Of a stretch of DNA of 64,000 nucleotides, positions 1 to 8,488 are shown piece after piece; the first letter of the stretch is position 1, and each line of letters opens with the position of its first letter. Source of the stretch: Candidatus Lloydbacteria bacterium. GTDB lineage: Bacteria > Patescibacteriota > Minisyncoccia > Phycocordibacterales > 21-14-all-47-15. The stretch is taken from positions 3,342 through 67,341 of the forward strand of contig JACROH010000003.1 of the NCBI GenBank assembly GCA_016214545.1. Reading direction: 5' to 3'. The notes below the pieces were generated by a model. It was not told where the DNA came from, ran no database searches, and was given only the letters and a program-made list of their open reading frames with translations. A program made the position numbers and the translations under genes.

Positions 1-1566
1 GATGAAGTATGGGCCGGTGATGACGCCGGTGGCGGTGAGGGAGCCTCCTCCGCCAGAGCTGCAGTTGATGCAGGTGCCTCCGATGGCAAGAGAGCCTAAG
101 ACCAAGAGGTTGCTTGATATGGTGGAAGTGCCAGAGCCCGTGATGTCGACGAGACCTGTCACCGTGCCGCCTGAGGTCGCGAGGTAGTTTGATGCGGTGA
201 TGTTGTTTGGAATGTCGGCGTCGGTGAGACCCGAGACGCCTGAGACGGTGAGGCTTGTTGCGGTAACGTTTGAGAGGTTGTCGATTTTGTTTGAGAGAGA
301 GACGGCGCGGTAGACGTTTTGGGTTTGGGTGTCTCCGCGGCTTGAGAGTTCGTTTATCATCGCCACGAGCTTGTTGTTGTATTGTTCGAGTTTTTGCTTG
401 AGTTCGGCGTCTGAGATGCCGAGCTCGGTGATTTGGGTGATTGGCTGTTGGTAGATGATACGGGTTGATGGGGTTGCCGCGTTTCCCATCGCGCGAAGAG
501 ATGATTTGAGATTTGAGAGTTCGGTCTGGATGGCAGTGATGGTTTGGTCGGGTTCTTTTGTGACGGACGGTACCGAGGTGGTGATTTGGGTGTTGCTCTC
601 CGACGGCTCTCTTTGGAGACTCCTGACGATGGCTTGTTTGGTTTGTTCGAAGAACGGGGAGATGGCGCGGTAGATGGAGCGGGAGGTGATATCCAAAACA
701 GACTGCAATATGCCGACAGCTTCTTCTGCAAATGAAACTGCCGCCGGTGTTTTTTCTGACATAGCGAGCGAAGCGGAAGCAAGCATTTCTTTCCCATCGT
801 TTTCGTCTTTCGCATCTTTCGATAAAGATTTCAATGAAGAAATTTTATTTTCACCAGCAAACGATGTGCTATACATCATCGTCCCCGCAAAAGCAGCGCG
901 GGCATTATTGACGAGAGCGTCTGCCGTCATCGCAAGCTCATTTTTTTTCAGAGTAATTTCTTTTTTTGCAGAAGCGAGCATTTCTCCTCCCGCTCCGACG
1001 AGCGCGGGGTCGGAAGAAAAAGCATGCACTCCGGCGACAGCAGAAACGCCTAGAAGTGTCAGAACAATTTTTGAAATAATTTCACGGCGGAAAAATTGCG
1101 CCGGAGTCGGCAGAAATTCGTCGCTTCTAAAACTCGGGGGGTTCGATGGACTCGCCACTCCCCCACTTTCCTTCGAGAGATTTGCACTTGCCTGCGCCGA
1201 CTCTCCAGCATAAGAAATTTTCCCCCACAGGTCGTCGACGGATTTTTTTATACCCGCCGCTTCTCCTTCCAAGCCCCCTTTCTTGAGCGGAGGAAAATAG
1301 GAAGGCGATGCGGTTTGACTGAAATCTTGAGCAGGAGGAATTTGAGTGTTAAGACCTTCCTCTTTGACGCCGCTATCAAGCATAGCTTTATAAGAAAGAA
1401 GCGACGCCTCATCTACAAATCGAATACGTCCGATTAACTTACCATCCACTTTTCCGGCACGGCAAAGCTGGCCGATATAATCGTTGGTATATCTGGTTAT
1501 CTCGCCTGCTCGGCGAGACGAGATATATTTTTTTCCGTCTAAAATTATTTCGTCGCTAGCGCTCAT
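1..1566 (-). CDS. Large membrane-anchored surface protein with N-terminal excisionase/HTH_17-like motif; C-terminus lies outside the window (absent from ORF track)
   Basis: ATG at 1566..1564. I read every codon of this frame down to position 1 and found no stop (522 codons). N-terminus is MSASDEIILDGKKYISSRRAGEITRYTNDYIGQLCRAGKVDGKLIGRIRFV. One TM helix (IISKIVLTLLGVSAVAGVHAF), a coiled-coil-like middle, and a G/T/S-rich distal part (LTDADIPNNITASNYLATSGGTVTG). Confidence 0.75.
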   Translation of the reverse strand, partial: MSASDEIILDGKKYISSRRAGEITRYTNDYIGQLCRAGKVDGKLIGRIRFVDEASLLSYKAMLDSGVKEEGLNTQIPPAQDFSQTASPSYFPPLKKGGLEGEAAGIKKSVDDLWGKISYAGESAQASANLSKESGGVASPSNPPSFRSDEFLPTPAQFFRREIISKIVLTLLGVSAVAGVHAFSSDPALVGAGGEMLASAKKEITLKKNELAMTADALVNNARAAFAGTMMYSTSFAGENKISSLKSLSKDAKDENDGKEMLASASLAMSEKTPAAVSFAEEAVGILQSVLDITSRSIYRAISPFFEQTKQAIVRSLQREPSESNTQITTSVPSVTKEPDQTITAIQTELSNLKSSLRAMGNAATPSTRIIYQQPITQITELGISDAELKQKLEQYNNKLVAMINELSSRGDTQTQNVYRAVSLSNKIDNLSNVTATSLTVSGVSGLTDADIPNNITASNYLATSGGTVTGLVDITGSGTSTISSNLLVLGSLAIGGTCINCSSGGGGSLTATGVITGPYFI

Positions 1567-1874
1567 TTTTGGTAGATTTTGCTCGGTACGTTAACCTTTT
1601 TAAGCTTTCCGTCTCAATGCGCGTCAAAGCTTATTTTATAAACCCAACGAGAAACTCCATTTTTTGCCCGCGAAAGTTTTTGGAATTTTCAACATCTTAT
1701 TTTATAAAGACATCTCGTCCGCCTCGCCGTGACGAGATGCAATCAATACCTCTATTTTACAACGAACGCGGAGTTTTTACTTTGATTTTTTACATAAAAC
1801 TGTGGATAACTAAAAATCCCGTTTTACGACGGGATTTGGCTTCTTTATCTGCCTATTAAAAACAGCGAGAAGAA

Positions 1875-2183
1875 TTATTTTTTACGAGCAAGCGATGTTT
1901 GCACAATACGCATTTTGTCTTCCAACATCTCAAGGCGATTACTTAATCCTCCAACCAAAAGATATTCAATGCGGTCTAAACGTGTGTCTATCACATCAAA
2001 ACGTTTATTAACATCAGCTTTTGTTGCCATTTTGGCAATGATATCTTCAAAACCACGTTGAGTCATTTGAACCAATTCTTCAATTGTCATCGCAAGATCA
2101 TTGACTGTCGCTGTTAAGTTATTAACCGTCACCGCCAAATCATCAACAGTTACTCCTTTTTTCTTTGTCGATTTGTTGTTCAT
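1875..2183 (-). CDS. Hypothetical small coiled-coil protein
   Basis: Track ORF is 1875..2267. I prefer the internal ATG at 2183 (MNNKSTKKKGVTVDDLAVTVNNL...) because a TATAAT box (RC of 2191..2196) lies 7 nt upstream. No family recognised. Confidence 0.45.
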   Translation of the reverse strand: MNNKSTKKKGVTVDDLAVTVNNLTATVNDLAMTIEELVQMTQRGFEDIIAKMATKADVNKRFDVIDTRLDRIEYLLVGGLSNRLEMLEDKMRIVQTSLARKK

Positions 2184-2336
2184 GCAAATCATTATAATAC
2201 GGAGAATTTTTTTGTACAAATGCACAACGGGCTGCTTTTTTCTTTGTAATTTTATGCGGCAAGCCACTTTGTTTCAAGTTTCATATTGCGTGAATTCCTT
2301 GTTGCTTGGTGGTCGCTGGTATATAATTAAAAGATA

Positions 2337-2699
2337 ATGAAAAACAATACTATCAATCGTGTGTTTTGGTCTGCCATGTATGTCGCGCTTTTTTTGCCGA
2401 CAATAATTGCGCTGGCTAACAGCCCTGGTTCAGGCTCAAACGCCCTTCCAAATCCAATTGCCGCGAGCACCTTTCAAGAGCTTATTCAAAAAATGCTCAA
2501 GGTCGTCATTGATATCGGCGTACCGGTCGCAACGCTCTTCATCATTTATTCCGGTTTTCTTTTCGTCAAAGCGCAGGGCAACCCTGAAAAATTAAAAGAA
2601 GCGAAAGAAACTTTTTTCTGGACAATTGTAGGCACGGCGGTTTTGCTCGGCGCATGGGTATTGGCGCAAGCGATCGCGGGCACCATCAATCAACTCTAA
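2337..2699 (+). CDS. TrbC/VirB2-like (T4SS-pilin-like) small membrane protein, paralog 1
   Basis: Signal/TM segment, then two hydrophobic helices flanking a charged loop: IIYSGFLFVKAQGNPEKLKEAKETFFWTIVGTAVLLGAWVL. The architecture matches the T4SS pilin family common in CPR genomes. Confidence 0.6.
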   Translation: MKNNTINRVFWSAMYVALFLPTIIALANSPGSGSNALPNPIAASTFQELIQKMLKVVIDIGVPVATLFIIYSGFLFVKAQGNPEKLKEAKETFFWTIVGTAVLLGAWVLAQAIAGTINQL

Positions 2700-2710
2700 A
2701 TTAAAGAATT

Positions 2711-3202
2711 ATGACTCGCCGACAAGAAATTATTTTTTTTAAAGGCATCTTCTTTGTAATTGCATTGTTTATTTTTATATCATTACCATCGTCTACTCAC
2801 GCCGTTGACCCAAACATTGAAAGCCTCGGGACTAGCCTACACCCTGAATCTCAGTTGCTCACAGGAGGGCAAACAGACGTTACTGGCACCCAATCATGCA
2901 CCGTCCCGCCCAAAAATTTTAGCGAGCTTATGTGCGTCGTCACCTATAGCATCCTCTCCCCGCTCATTCCCATACTCGTCACTTTAGCGCTCATCGCTTT
3001 CTTTTGGGGAGTGACAAAATACGCAATCAAGGGGGCCGACGATGAGAAAGAGAGAGAACAGGGAAAGCAAATTATGATTTGGGGAATTATCGGACTTTTT
3101 GTAATCGTATCTGTGTGGGGGCTTGTGGCCGTGGTACAAAATACATTTAATTTGGGGAACGCGTCTTTTAAATCAAGCAACGTGAAGCTCCCGGGCAGAT
3201 AA
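2711..3202 (+). CDS. T4SS-pilin-like small membrane protein, paralog 2
   Basis: ALIAFFWGVTKYAIKGADDEKEREQGKQIMIWGIIGLFVIVSVWGLVAVV. Same helix / charged-loop / helix core as its neighbours, with a longer N-terminal secreted part. Confidence 0.6.
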   Translation: MTRRQEIIFFKGIFFVIALFIFISLPSSTHAVDPNIESLGTSLHPESQLLTGGQTDVTGTQSCTVPPKNFSELMCVVTYSILSPLIPILVTLALIAFFWGVTKYAIKGADDEKEREQGKQIMIWGIIGLFVIVSVWGLVAVVQNTFNLGNASFKSSNVKLPGR

Positions 3203-3463
3203 TTTTTCCAAGTAACTAACTTGGCTTTCGCATAGCCAAAGCTACATTACCCTCCTATCGCCAACCTCGCACGGCTCGGTAATGGCGATTTCCTCGCTTT
3301 GCTCGGAATCGGATAAAAAGTAAAGCAGTTTACTTTTTATCCACACAGCACATTTGCGTTTGGGTGGGGCATATTCTATGATAAAGACACTTGATTTTGA
3401 TTACATAATGATGGTCGGTTAACCTTACAAACATTAAAAATTCTTAATTTTAAATATAAAAAT

Positions 3464-3811
3464 ATGATGAAAAAATTACTTTTAACGCTTGGAGTTATCG
3501 CATTACCTTCAGTCGCGTTTGCAGCAACATTAATTGATGTCTTTAATACGGTAAAAAGCATACTTGATATTATCATCCCGATTGCCCTTACCGTTGCGGT
3601 AATTTACTTCTTCTGGGGTGTCGGCAAATACATGACAGCCACCGGCGATTCTGAAAAGCAAGAAGAGGCGCGTGGAATCATGATTTACGGCATCATTGGT
3701 CTCTTTGTGATGGTATCCGTATGGGGACTTGTTCGAGTTGTTGGTGACACCTTCGGGGTGACATCAGGCGGAACACAGCAAATTCCAGGCGTTCCTCGTG
3801 TGACCCAATAG
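3464..3811 (+). CDS. T4SS-pilin-like small membrane protein, paralog 3
   Basis: Signal peptide MMKKLLLTLGVIALPSVAFA. Core is VIYFFWGVGKYMTATGDSEKQEEARGIMIYGIIGLFVMVSVWGLVRVV. Confidence 0.6.
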   Translation: MMKKLLLTLGVIALPSVAFAATLIDVFNTVKSILDIIIPIALTVAVIYFFWGVGKYMTATGDSEKQEEARGIMIYGIIGLFVMVSVWGLVRVVGDTFGVTSGGTQQIPGVPRVTQ

Positions 3812-3838
3812 TTAGTTACCGAGAGTCTGTTGCAAAAA

Positions 3839-3869
3839 ACAATCCCGCTTATCGTGGGATTGTTTTTTT
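3839..3869 (+). terminator. Rho-independent terminator after pilin paralog 3
   Basis: Stem ACAATCCC/GGGATTGT, 9-nt loop, followed by TTTTTTT. Confidence 0.7.
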
Positions 3870-3896
3870 GTATGGTTCATAATATTATATAAGCAT

Positions 3897-4175
3897 ATGA
3901 ATCTCTTTCAAATACCAATCGCCTACGCTGCGGGCATTGAGGAAACTATCGGAAAAATATCGAGCAACATCATCCAGCCGATTATCGGGTTTTTGTTTGC
4001 GTTGGCGCTTGTTATGTTCCTTTGGGGCATCGTACAGTTTATTGCAAATGCGGAAAACGAGGAAAAGTTAAACGAGGGTAAAGAACACATGCTCTGGGGC
4101 ATTATGGGCATGTTTATCATGGTATCGGTCTTCGGCATCATGAACCTCATCTGCAACACCATCGGCGCATGCTAG
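3897..4175 (+). CDS. T4SS-pilin-like small membrane protein, paralog 4
   Basis: LVMFLWGIVQFIANAENEEKLNEGKEHMLWGIMGMFIMVSVFGIMNLI. Same core motif as the other three. Confidence 0.6.
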   Translation: MNLFQIPIAYAAGIEETIGKISSNIIQPIIGFLFALALVMFLWGIVQFIANAENEEKLNEGKEHMLWGIMGMFIMVSVFGIMNLICNTIGAC

Positions 4176-4202
4176 TTTACATAGGGTAACCCTATGTAAA
4201 CT
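4174..4202. repeat. Perfect 14-bp-arm DNA palindrome overlapping the stop codon of pilin paralog 4
   Basis: AGTTTACATAGGGT a ACCCTATGTAAACT. CTATGTAAA is then repeated directly. Confidence 0.8.
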
Positions 4203-4224
4203 ATGTAAAAATGAAATAAAAAAA

Positions 4225-4248
4225 ACGGGAAACATTGCTGTTTCCCGT
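4225..4248. terminator. Bidirectional terminator hairpin between convergent genes
   Basis: ACGGGAAAC/GTTTCCCGT stem, with an A-run upstream and a T-run downstream. Confidence 0.65.
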
Positions 4249-4279
4249 TTGTAGCTTTGTAGGCTAAGCCTCCAAGTGA

Positions 4280-4768
4280 CTATTTTACGGCTTGGAGCCA
4301 CATCACTCCATCCTCCCCTCCTTTGTTGTCGTGGTACCAGCCGTTATATAAATCAGGCGATACCATGGTAAGCGCCCACGTGCCGCTTAATTTCGGCGCC
4401 GGCTGAGACCAATACCCTTTCTCGTCTTTCGCCTTTTCCCAATTGAGCACCGCCTGGTGCTTTTGCCATTGATGCTCGTAATTTGCCGTGATAGTGAAAT
4501 ATGCTTCGTCCAGCCGCACTATCTTGGCCGGACTGCACTTCTCACGAATACCCAGAGATGATTTGGCGCTCGGCGGCATACGCCAGCAAAGCCGCCATGC
4601 CCTATCTTCAGGGCGCACCACCGGTTTTGCCTGTGCTCCTACAACAGAAATCCCGTGCGAAGCATTGGAAATCAAAGCCGATACCTTTTCTTTTTTGATA
4701 TCACACGCAAATACGATTACGGAAAGAACGGCGCACGCCATCAATATCTTTTTTGTCAGCGGCTTCAT
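4280..4768 (-). CDS. Hypothetical lipoprotein
   Basis: Signal peptide ending in a Cys (MKPLTKKILMACAVLSVIVFAC). ATGA overlap with the upstream SPFH gene implies co-translation. Confidence 0.5.
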   Translation of the reverse strand: MKPLTKKILMACAVLSVIVFACDIKKEKVSALISNASHGISVVGAQAKPVVRPEDRAWRLCWRMPPSAKSSLGIREKCSPAKIVRLDEAYFTITANYEHQWQKHQAVLNWEKAKDEKGYWSQPAPKLSGTWALTMVSPDLYNGWYHDNKGGEDGVMWLQAVK

Positions 4769-5679
4769 TGCTTGCCTCCTTTCAGGTTATCGCCAAAGAC
4801 ACCTGCGGCTTTCACAACTTGAGAAGCATTCCCGTCAATTACCGACCGCTTTATTTTCCCCCGCTCGGCCTGAATGAGATTAAAAATCTCAATATCGGTC
4901 AAGTTTGGAAATTCTTTTTTGTACTTTTGCGCCAGAGCAAGCGTGTGCTCCGCTTCTATCGTCTCGGAATCCTTTTGGGATTTTTCGACTTCTTTTTGTT
5001 CGTTTGCCTTTTCAATGCTTTCCGGCAAACGAATATTTTCAACAATAGCCTTTGTGATATCGAGCCCCCACTTGGACGCTTCTTTGTCGAGCTCTTCTTC
5101 AAGAAGATTCGACAAATTTTTTGCTTCCAAGGGAAGCTCGACGGCGATTTTTTCTCGGAACGACCATCGGATCGTGCGGTCCGCAAGATCTTCGAGCAAC
5201 TCGGCCGCCTCTTCAACTTGGGTAAACTTAAACGGATCGCTAATTCGATACGCCAAGGAAACCGTTACTTCGAGAGGAATCTCATCTTTTGAGAGCACTT
5301 TAGTAACCGGAATTTGTTTTCTCTGCGTGCGCACATCAACGATCTTTACCCCCATGAAAAGTACCGGCAGAATCCAGTGCCTCCCTTCTCCCAAAAGAAA
5401 CGACGGTACCCGTTCCCCGAAGATAAGGGGCACTCCCTTATGGCCTATCGGTATCTCAATCAACCCTTCTATGCAAAAGTAGGCCGAGATAGCCAGAGCA
5501 CTAATAGCCCCCATGAGCATATTCCCGAATAACTGAGCGGACGCTCCGTAGGTTATTGTTGTCAGTATCGCCAAGAAGATGGCTCCGACAACAAATGTCG
5601 TCCTGAAAGACAGGCTTATTGGTGTCTTTACCCCAGTTATTCCTTCCGTGTCTTCTTTCCATTCCAGCTTTTCACTCAT
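4765..5679 (-). CDS. SPFH/band-7 (stomatin/prohibitin-like) membrane protein
   Basis: N-terminal TM helices, then a band-7-like core (KGVPLIFGERV...VDVRTQ...LEVTVSLAYRISDP...) and a C-terminal coiled coil. Confidence 0.7.
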   Translation of the reverse strand: MSEKLEWKEDTEGITGVKTPISLSFRTTFVVGAIFLAILTTITYGASAQLFGNMLMGAISALAISAYFCIEGLIEIPIGHKGVPLIFGERVPSFLLGEGRHWILPVLFMGVKIVDVRTQRKQIPVTKVLSKDEIPLEVTVSLAYRISDPFKFTQVEEAAELLEDLADRTIRWSFREKIAVELPLEAKNLSNLLEEELDKEASKWGLDITKAIVENIRLPESIEKANEQKEVEKSQKDSETIEAEHTLALAQKYKKEFPNLTDIEIFNLIQAERGKIKRSVIDGNASQVVKAAGVFGDNLKGGKQ

Positions 5680-5814
5680 ACAGCCTCCTATCGTTTGGTT
5701 TGTTTTATATGCTTGATTTTCAAATAACTTTTTATAATTTTATGATACATTAAAATAGAGAAAAGTCAATACCCCTGCCATGACCCAGCGGCTTATATTG
5801 CGAAGAAGCATCCT

Positions 5815-6573
5815 TTACAGATTTTCAAGCGACAACGTTTCAAGCGCCCTGAGAAAGTCATCGGGCAGCGGCGCTTCGAGTTTTAGAGGTGCCCCGTTAG
5901 GGGATGCCAATACAAGCGATTGAGCATGGAGAGCAAGACGCCCAAGTTCTGCGGGGCAGGGTTTCCCTTTTGCGTAGAGGGCATCGCAGAGCACCGGATG
6001 TCCGATTGCTTTCAAATGCACCCTGATTTGATGCGTCCGCCCGGTTTTCGGATACACTTCAAGGTAGGTCACCCTTGCTTCACTTGGACGTCGGACGTCC
6101 AAGTGAAGCCCCCCGCGCGCGAGCACTTTGTATTGGGTTACCGCCTCGCGCAAGACGCCGCGCGCGCCGTATTCCGCCGACCATTTGCGAAAATCACTCC
6201 TGCTTTTCCCTATCGGTTTTTCAATCACACCGGAATCATTCTTCATCGCGCCGTACACAATCGCGCGGTACGTTTTTTTTATCTCCCGCGATTGAAATTG
6301 TTTTTTTAAAAAGGCAAACGCTTCATTCGTTTTTGCAATCACTAAAACGCCCGAGGTCTCTTTATCAAGACGGTGCACTATGCCCGGACGAAATATCGTC
6401 TTCCCGCTTGAGAGCACGAGCGGCTCGCCGACATTTTTCATATCGGGGTATTCCTGTAAAATCCAGTCCACGAGCGTAGGGCCAATACTCCGCCCGTCGG
6501 GATGAACGACGAGTCCCGACGGTTTGTTTATCGCAACAAGATACCGGTCTTCATATATCTTCTCTATCTGCAT
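5815..6573 (-). CDS. RluA-family pseudouridine synthase
   Basis: Catalytic motif HRLDKETSGVLVIAK and a C-terminal HQIRVH motif. Confidence 0.85.
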   Translation of the reverse strand: MQIEKIYEDRYLVAINKPSGLVVHPDGRSIGPTLVDWILQEYPDMKNVGEPLVLSSGKTIFRPGIVHRLDKETSGVLVIAKTNEAFAFLKKQFQSREIKKTYRAIVYGAMKNDSGVIEKPIGKSRSDFRKWSAEYGARGVLREAVTQYKVLARGGLHLDVRRPSEARVTYLEVYPKTGRTHQIRVHLKAIGHPVLCDALYAKGKPCPAELGRLALHAQSLVLASPNGAPLKLEAPLPDDFLRALETLSLENL

Positions 6574-6594
6574 GAGATTACCTTATCAATTCTC

Positions 6595-6631
6595 CATACA
6601 AAAAACAAAGTCCTGCGTGCGCAGGACTTTG
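6595..6631 (-). terminator. Terminator directly after rplB
   Basis: 13-bp stem ACAAAGTCCTGCG/CGCAGGACTTTGT followed on the minus strand by TTTTTTG. It ends the S10-type transcription unit at rplB. Confidence 0.7.
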
Positions 6632-6640
6632 TTTTAAAAA

Positions 6641-7480
6641 TTAGGTTCGTTTCTTTTTGGTTCGTCGAGAGACAATGAAAATATTTGAATACTTTTTCGG
6701 GCGGCGGGTTTTGACTCCGCGAATTCCCCTGCCCCAGAGGTTCTTCGGACGGCGCATACCGGCTCCTTGTCGGCCTTCGCCTCCTCCAAACGGGTGGTCT
6801 ACCGGGTTCATGGCCGAGCCGCGAACGGTCGGACGAACTCCTTTCCACCGCGTACGCCCCGCTTTGCCAAAATTCACCAGTTTGTGTTCGGCGTTTGACA
6901 CTTCGCCGATTGACGCCCACGCACTATCGATTATTTTTCGAACTTCTCCCGAAGGCATTTTGATATGCGCGTATCCCGAGTCGTTTGCAACCAATTCGGC
7001 ATAATTACCGGCCCCGCGCACGAGTTTTGCGCCGTTATTTGGCTGTAGTTCAATGTTGAAAATAAAGGTGCCGACCGGAATCAATTTGAGCGGCAGGCGA
7101 TTTCCCGCCTTTAATTCCGCGTTTTCAGAAATTAAAAAGGTGTCTCCGACTTTGAGTGACTTCGGCGCCAAGACATAGCGGCGTTCGCCGTCGGCATAGC
7201 AGACAAGCGCGATAAATCCCGAACGGTATGGGTCGTATTCGATAGTCTCAATTTTTGCAGGGATATTTTTTTTATCGTAAGTAAAATCAATCAAACGATG
7301 CAGCCGCTTGTGCCCGCCTCCTTTGTGGCGCACGGTAATCCGTCCATCGCTGTTTCTGCCGGCTCTTTTTGTTCCGCCTTTGGTAAGCGCTTTGTGCGGT
7401 TCAGACGCGGTCAAAACACTGCGATATGAAATCGTGCTCATGTGCCGTCGTGATGGAGTTATCGGATTATATTTTTTCAT
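6641..7480 (-). CDS. rplB: 50S ribosomal protein uL2
   Basis: GGGHKRLHRLIDF and RGSAMNPVDHPFGGGEGR motifs. Confidence 0.97.
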   Translation of the reverse strand: MKKYNPITPSRRHMSTISYRSVLTASEPHKALTKGGTKRAGRNSDGRITVRHKGGGHKRLHRLIDFTYDKKNIPAKIETIEYDPYRSGFIALVCYADGERRYVLAPKSLKVGDTFLISENAELKAGNRLPLKLIPVGTFIFNIELQPNNGAKLVRGAGNYAELVANDSGYAHIKMPSGEVRKIIDSAWASIGEVSNAEHKLVNFGKAGRTRWKGVRPTVRGSAMNPVDHPFGGGEGRQGAGMRRPKNLWGRGIRGVKTRRPKKYSNIFIVSRRTKKKRT

Positions 7481-7512
7481 ACAGGTATTTAAAAATTAGT
7501 TTCAAGAAAAAA

Positions 7513-7788
7513 TTACAGCGCTTCGATTACGTCCCCTTTCTTTAAAAACACCATCGCCTTTTTCATTTTTGCGGTAAAACCGACACGTCCTCTTACAAAA
7601 ACTTTCTTTGCCGGCACCGTAATCATCCGTACTTTGACGGGGGTGATGTTGTATAGCGCCTGCACCGCTTTTACGACCTCGCGCTTATTTGTTTTCGGAG
7701 AAACCTCAAAAACATATATGCCTTTTTCGGAGAGGTGTGTCGCTTTTTCGGTAATATGCGGCCGTTTGATAATCGTGTGTGCTTTCAT
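7513..7788 (-). CDS. rplW: 50S ribosomal protein uL23
   Basis: Length, position between rplD and rplB, and a typical uL23 sequence (ITEKA...VFEV...KREVKKAV). Confidence 0.9.
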   Translation of the reverse strand: MKAHTIIKRPHITEKATHLSEKGIYVFEVSPKTNKREVVKAVQALYNITPVKVRMITVPAKKVFVRGRVGFTAKMKKAMVFLKKGDVIEAL

Positions 7789-7798
7789 GGTCGTACGG

Positions 7799-8461
7799 TT
7801 AGAGTGCTTTTTTTGCTAAAAAGGCGACGGCTGATTCAGGCTCGGTGATAATAAGATATTTGTGCCGCAACACCAAAACCGGATTGATATTTTGCAACGC
7901 GTCCACCGTAACTCCTTGAAGATTTCGGAGGCTTTTTTTCGTGTTGCCTGAATCCTTGGATATCGCCACCAGAGCGGCGTTCTTTGATTTGGTCACAAGT
8001 GTCGGCATTTCTGCAGCAACGCTTAATGCCCTGAGCATGGTGTGTGCCGCTTTCGTTTTCGGAGCAGAGAAGGCAATAGAATCAACAAACAGGAGCTCGT
8101 TGTCTCGGAGTTTTTGTGAGAGCACGGAGTAGAGCGCCTTTGTCCTCATTTTTTTATTTATTTTCTTTGCAAAAACTTTTTCATTTGTCGGACCATGCGC
8201 GACTCCTCCTCCGACCCAAATCGGCGAACGGGTAGAGCCGTGCCGCGCGCGCCCGGTTCCTTTTTGCTTCCACGGTTTCCTTCCTCCTCCCCGCACATCA
8301 GCGCGGCTTTTCGTGTGGGCCACCGGCGTACGTGCGTTTGCCTCCATGGCAATCACCGCCTGGTGCACTAAGTCGGGATTCCATTTGACACCAAAAACAG
8401 CCGCGGGCAACGATACTTTCCCGATTTCTTTTCCTTCTTGGTTGTAAACGTTTGTTTCCAT
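7799..8461 (-). CDS. rplD: 50S ribosomal protein uL4
   Basis: GGGRKPWKQKGTGRARHGS motif; synteny. Confidence 0.95.
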   Translation of the reverse strand: METNVYNQEGKEIGKVSLPAAVFGVKWNPDLVHQAVIAMEANARTPVAHTKSRADVRGGGRKPWKQKGTGRARHGSTRSPIWVGGGVAHGPTNEKVFAKKINKKMRTKALYSVLSQKLRDNELLFVDSIAFSAPKTKAAHTMLRALSVAAEMPTLVTKSKNAALVAISKDSGNTKKSLRNLQGVTVDALQNINPVLVLRHKYLIITEPESAVAFLAKKAL

Positions 8462-8488
8462 AAAAGCCCTTTGTCGTCACTAATAAAA

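Noticed and set aside
357-1437. Track ORFs 357..815 (-), 455..673 (+), 674..1213 (+) and 1096..1437 (+).
   Set aside because: All overlap the uninterrupted 522-codon minus-strand frame starting at 1566. Their products are low-complexity and show no start signals.
6604-6631. The rplB terminator stem contains CCTGCG..CGCAGG, resembling the TGCGCAGGA motif repeated at the tRNA-Leu locus.
   Set aside because: Only a 6-nt GC-rich palindromic core is shared and the flanks are unrelated. This is most likely coincidence.
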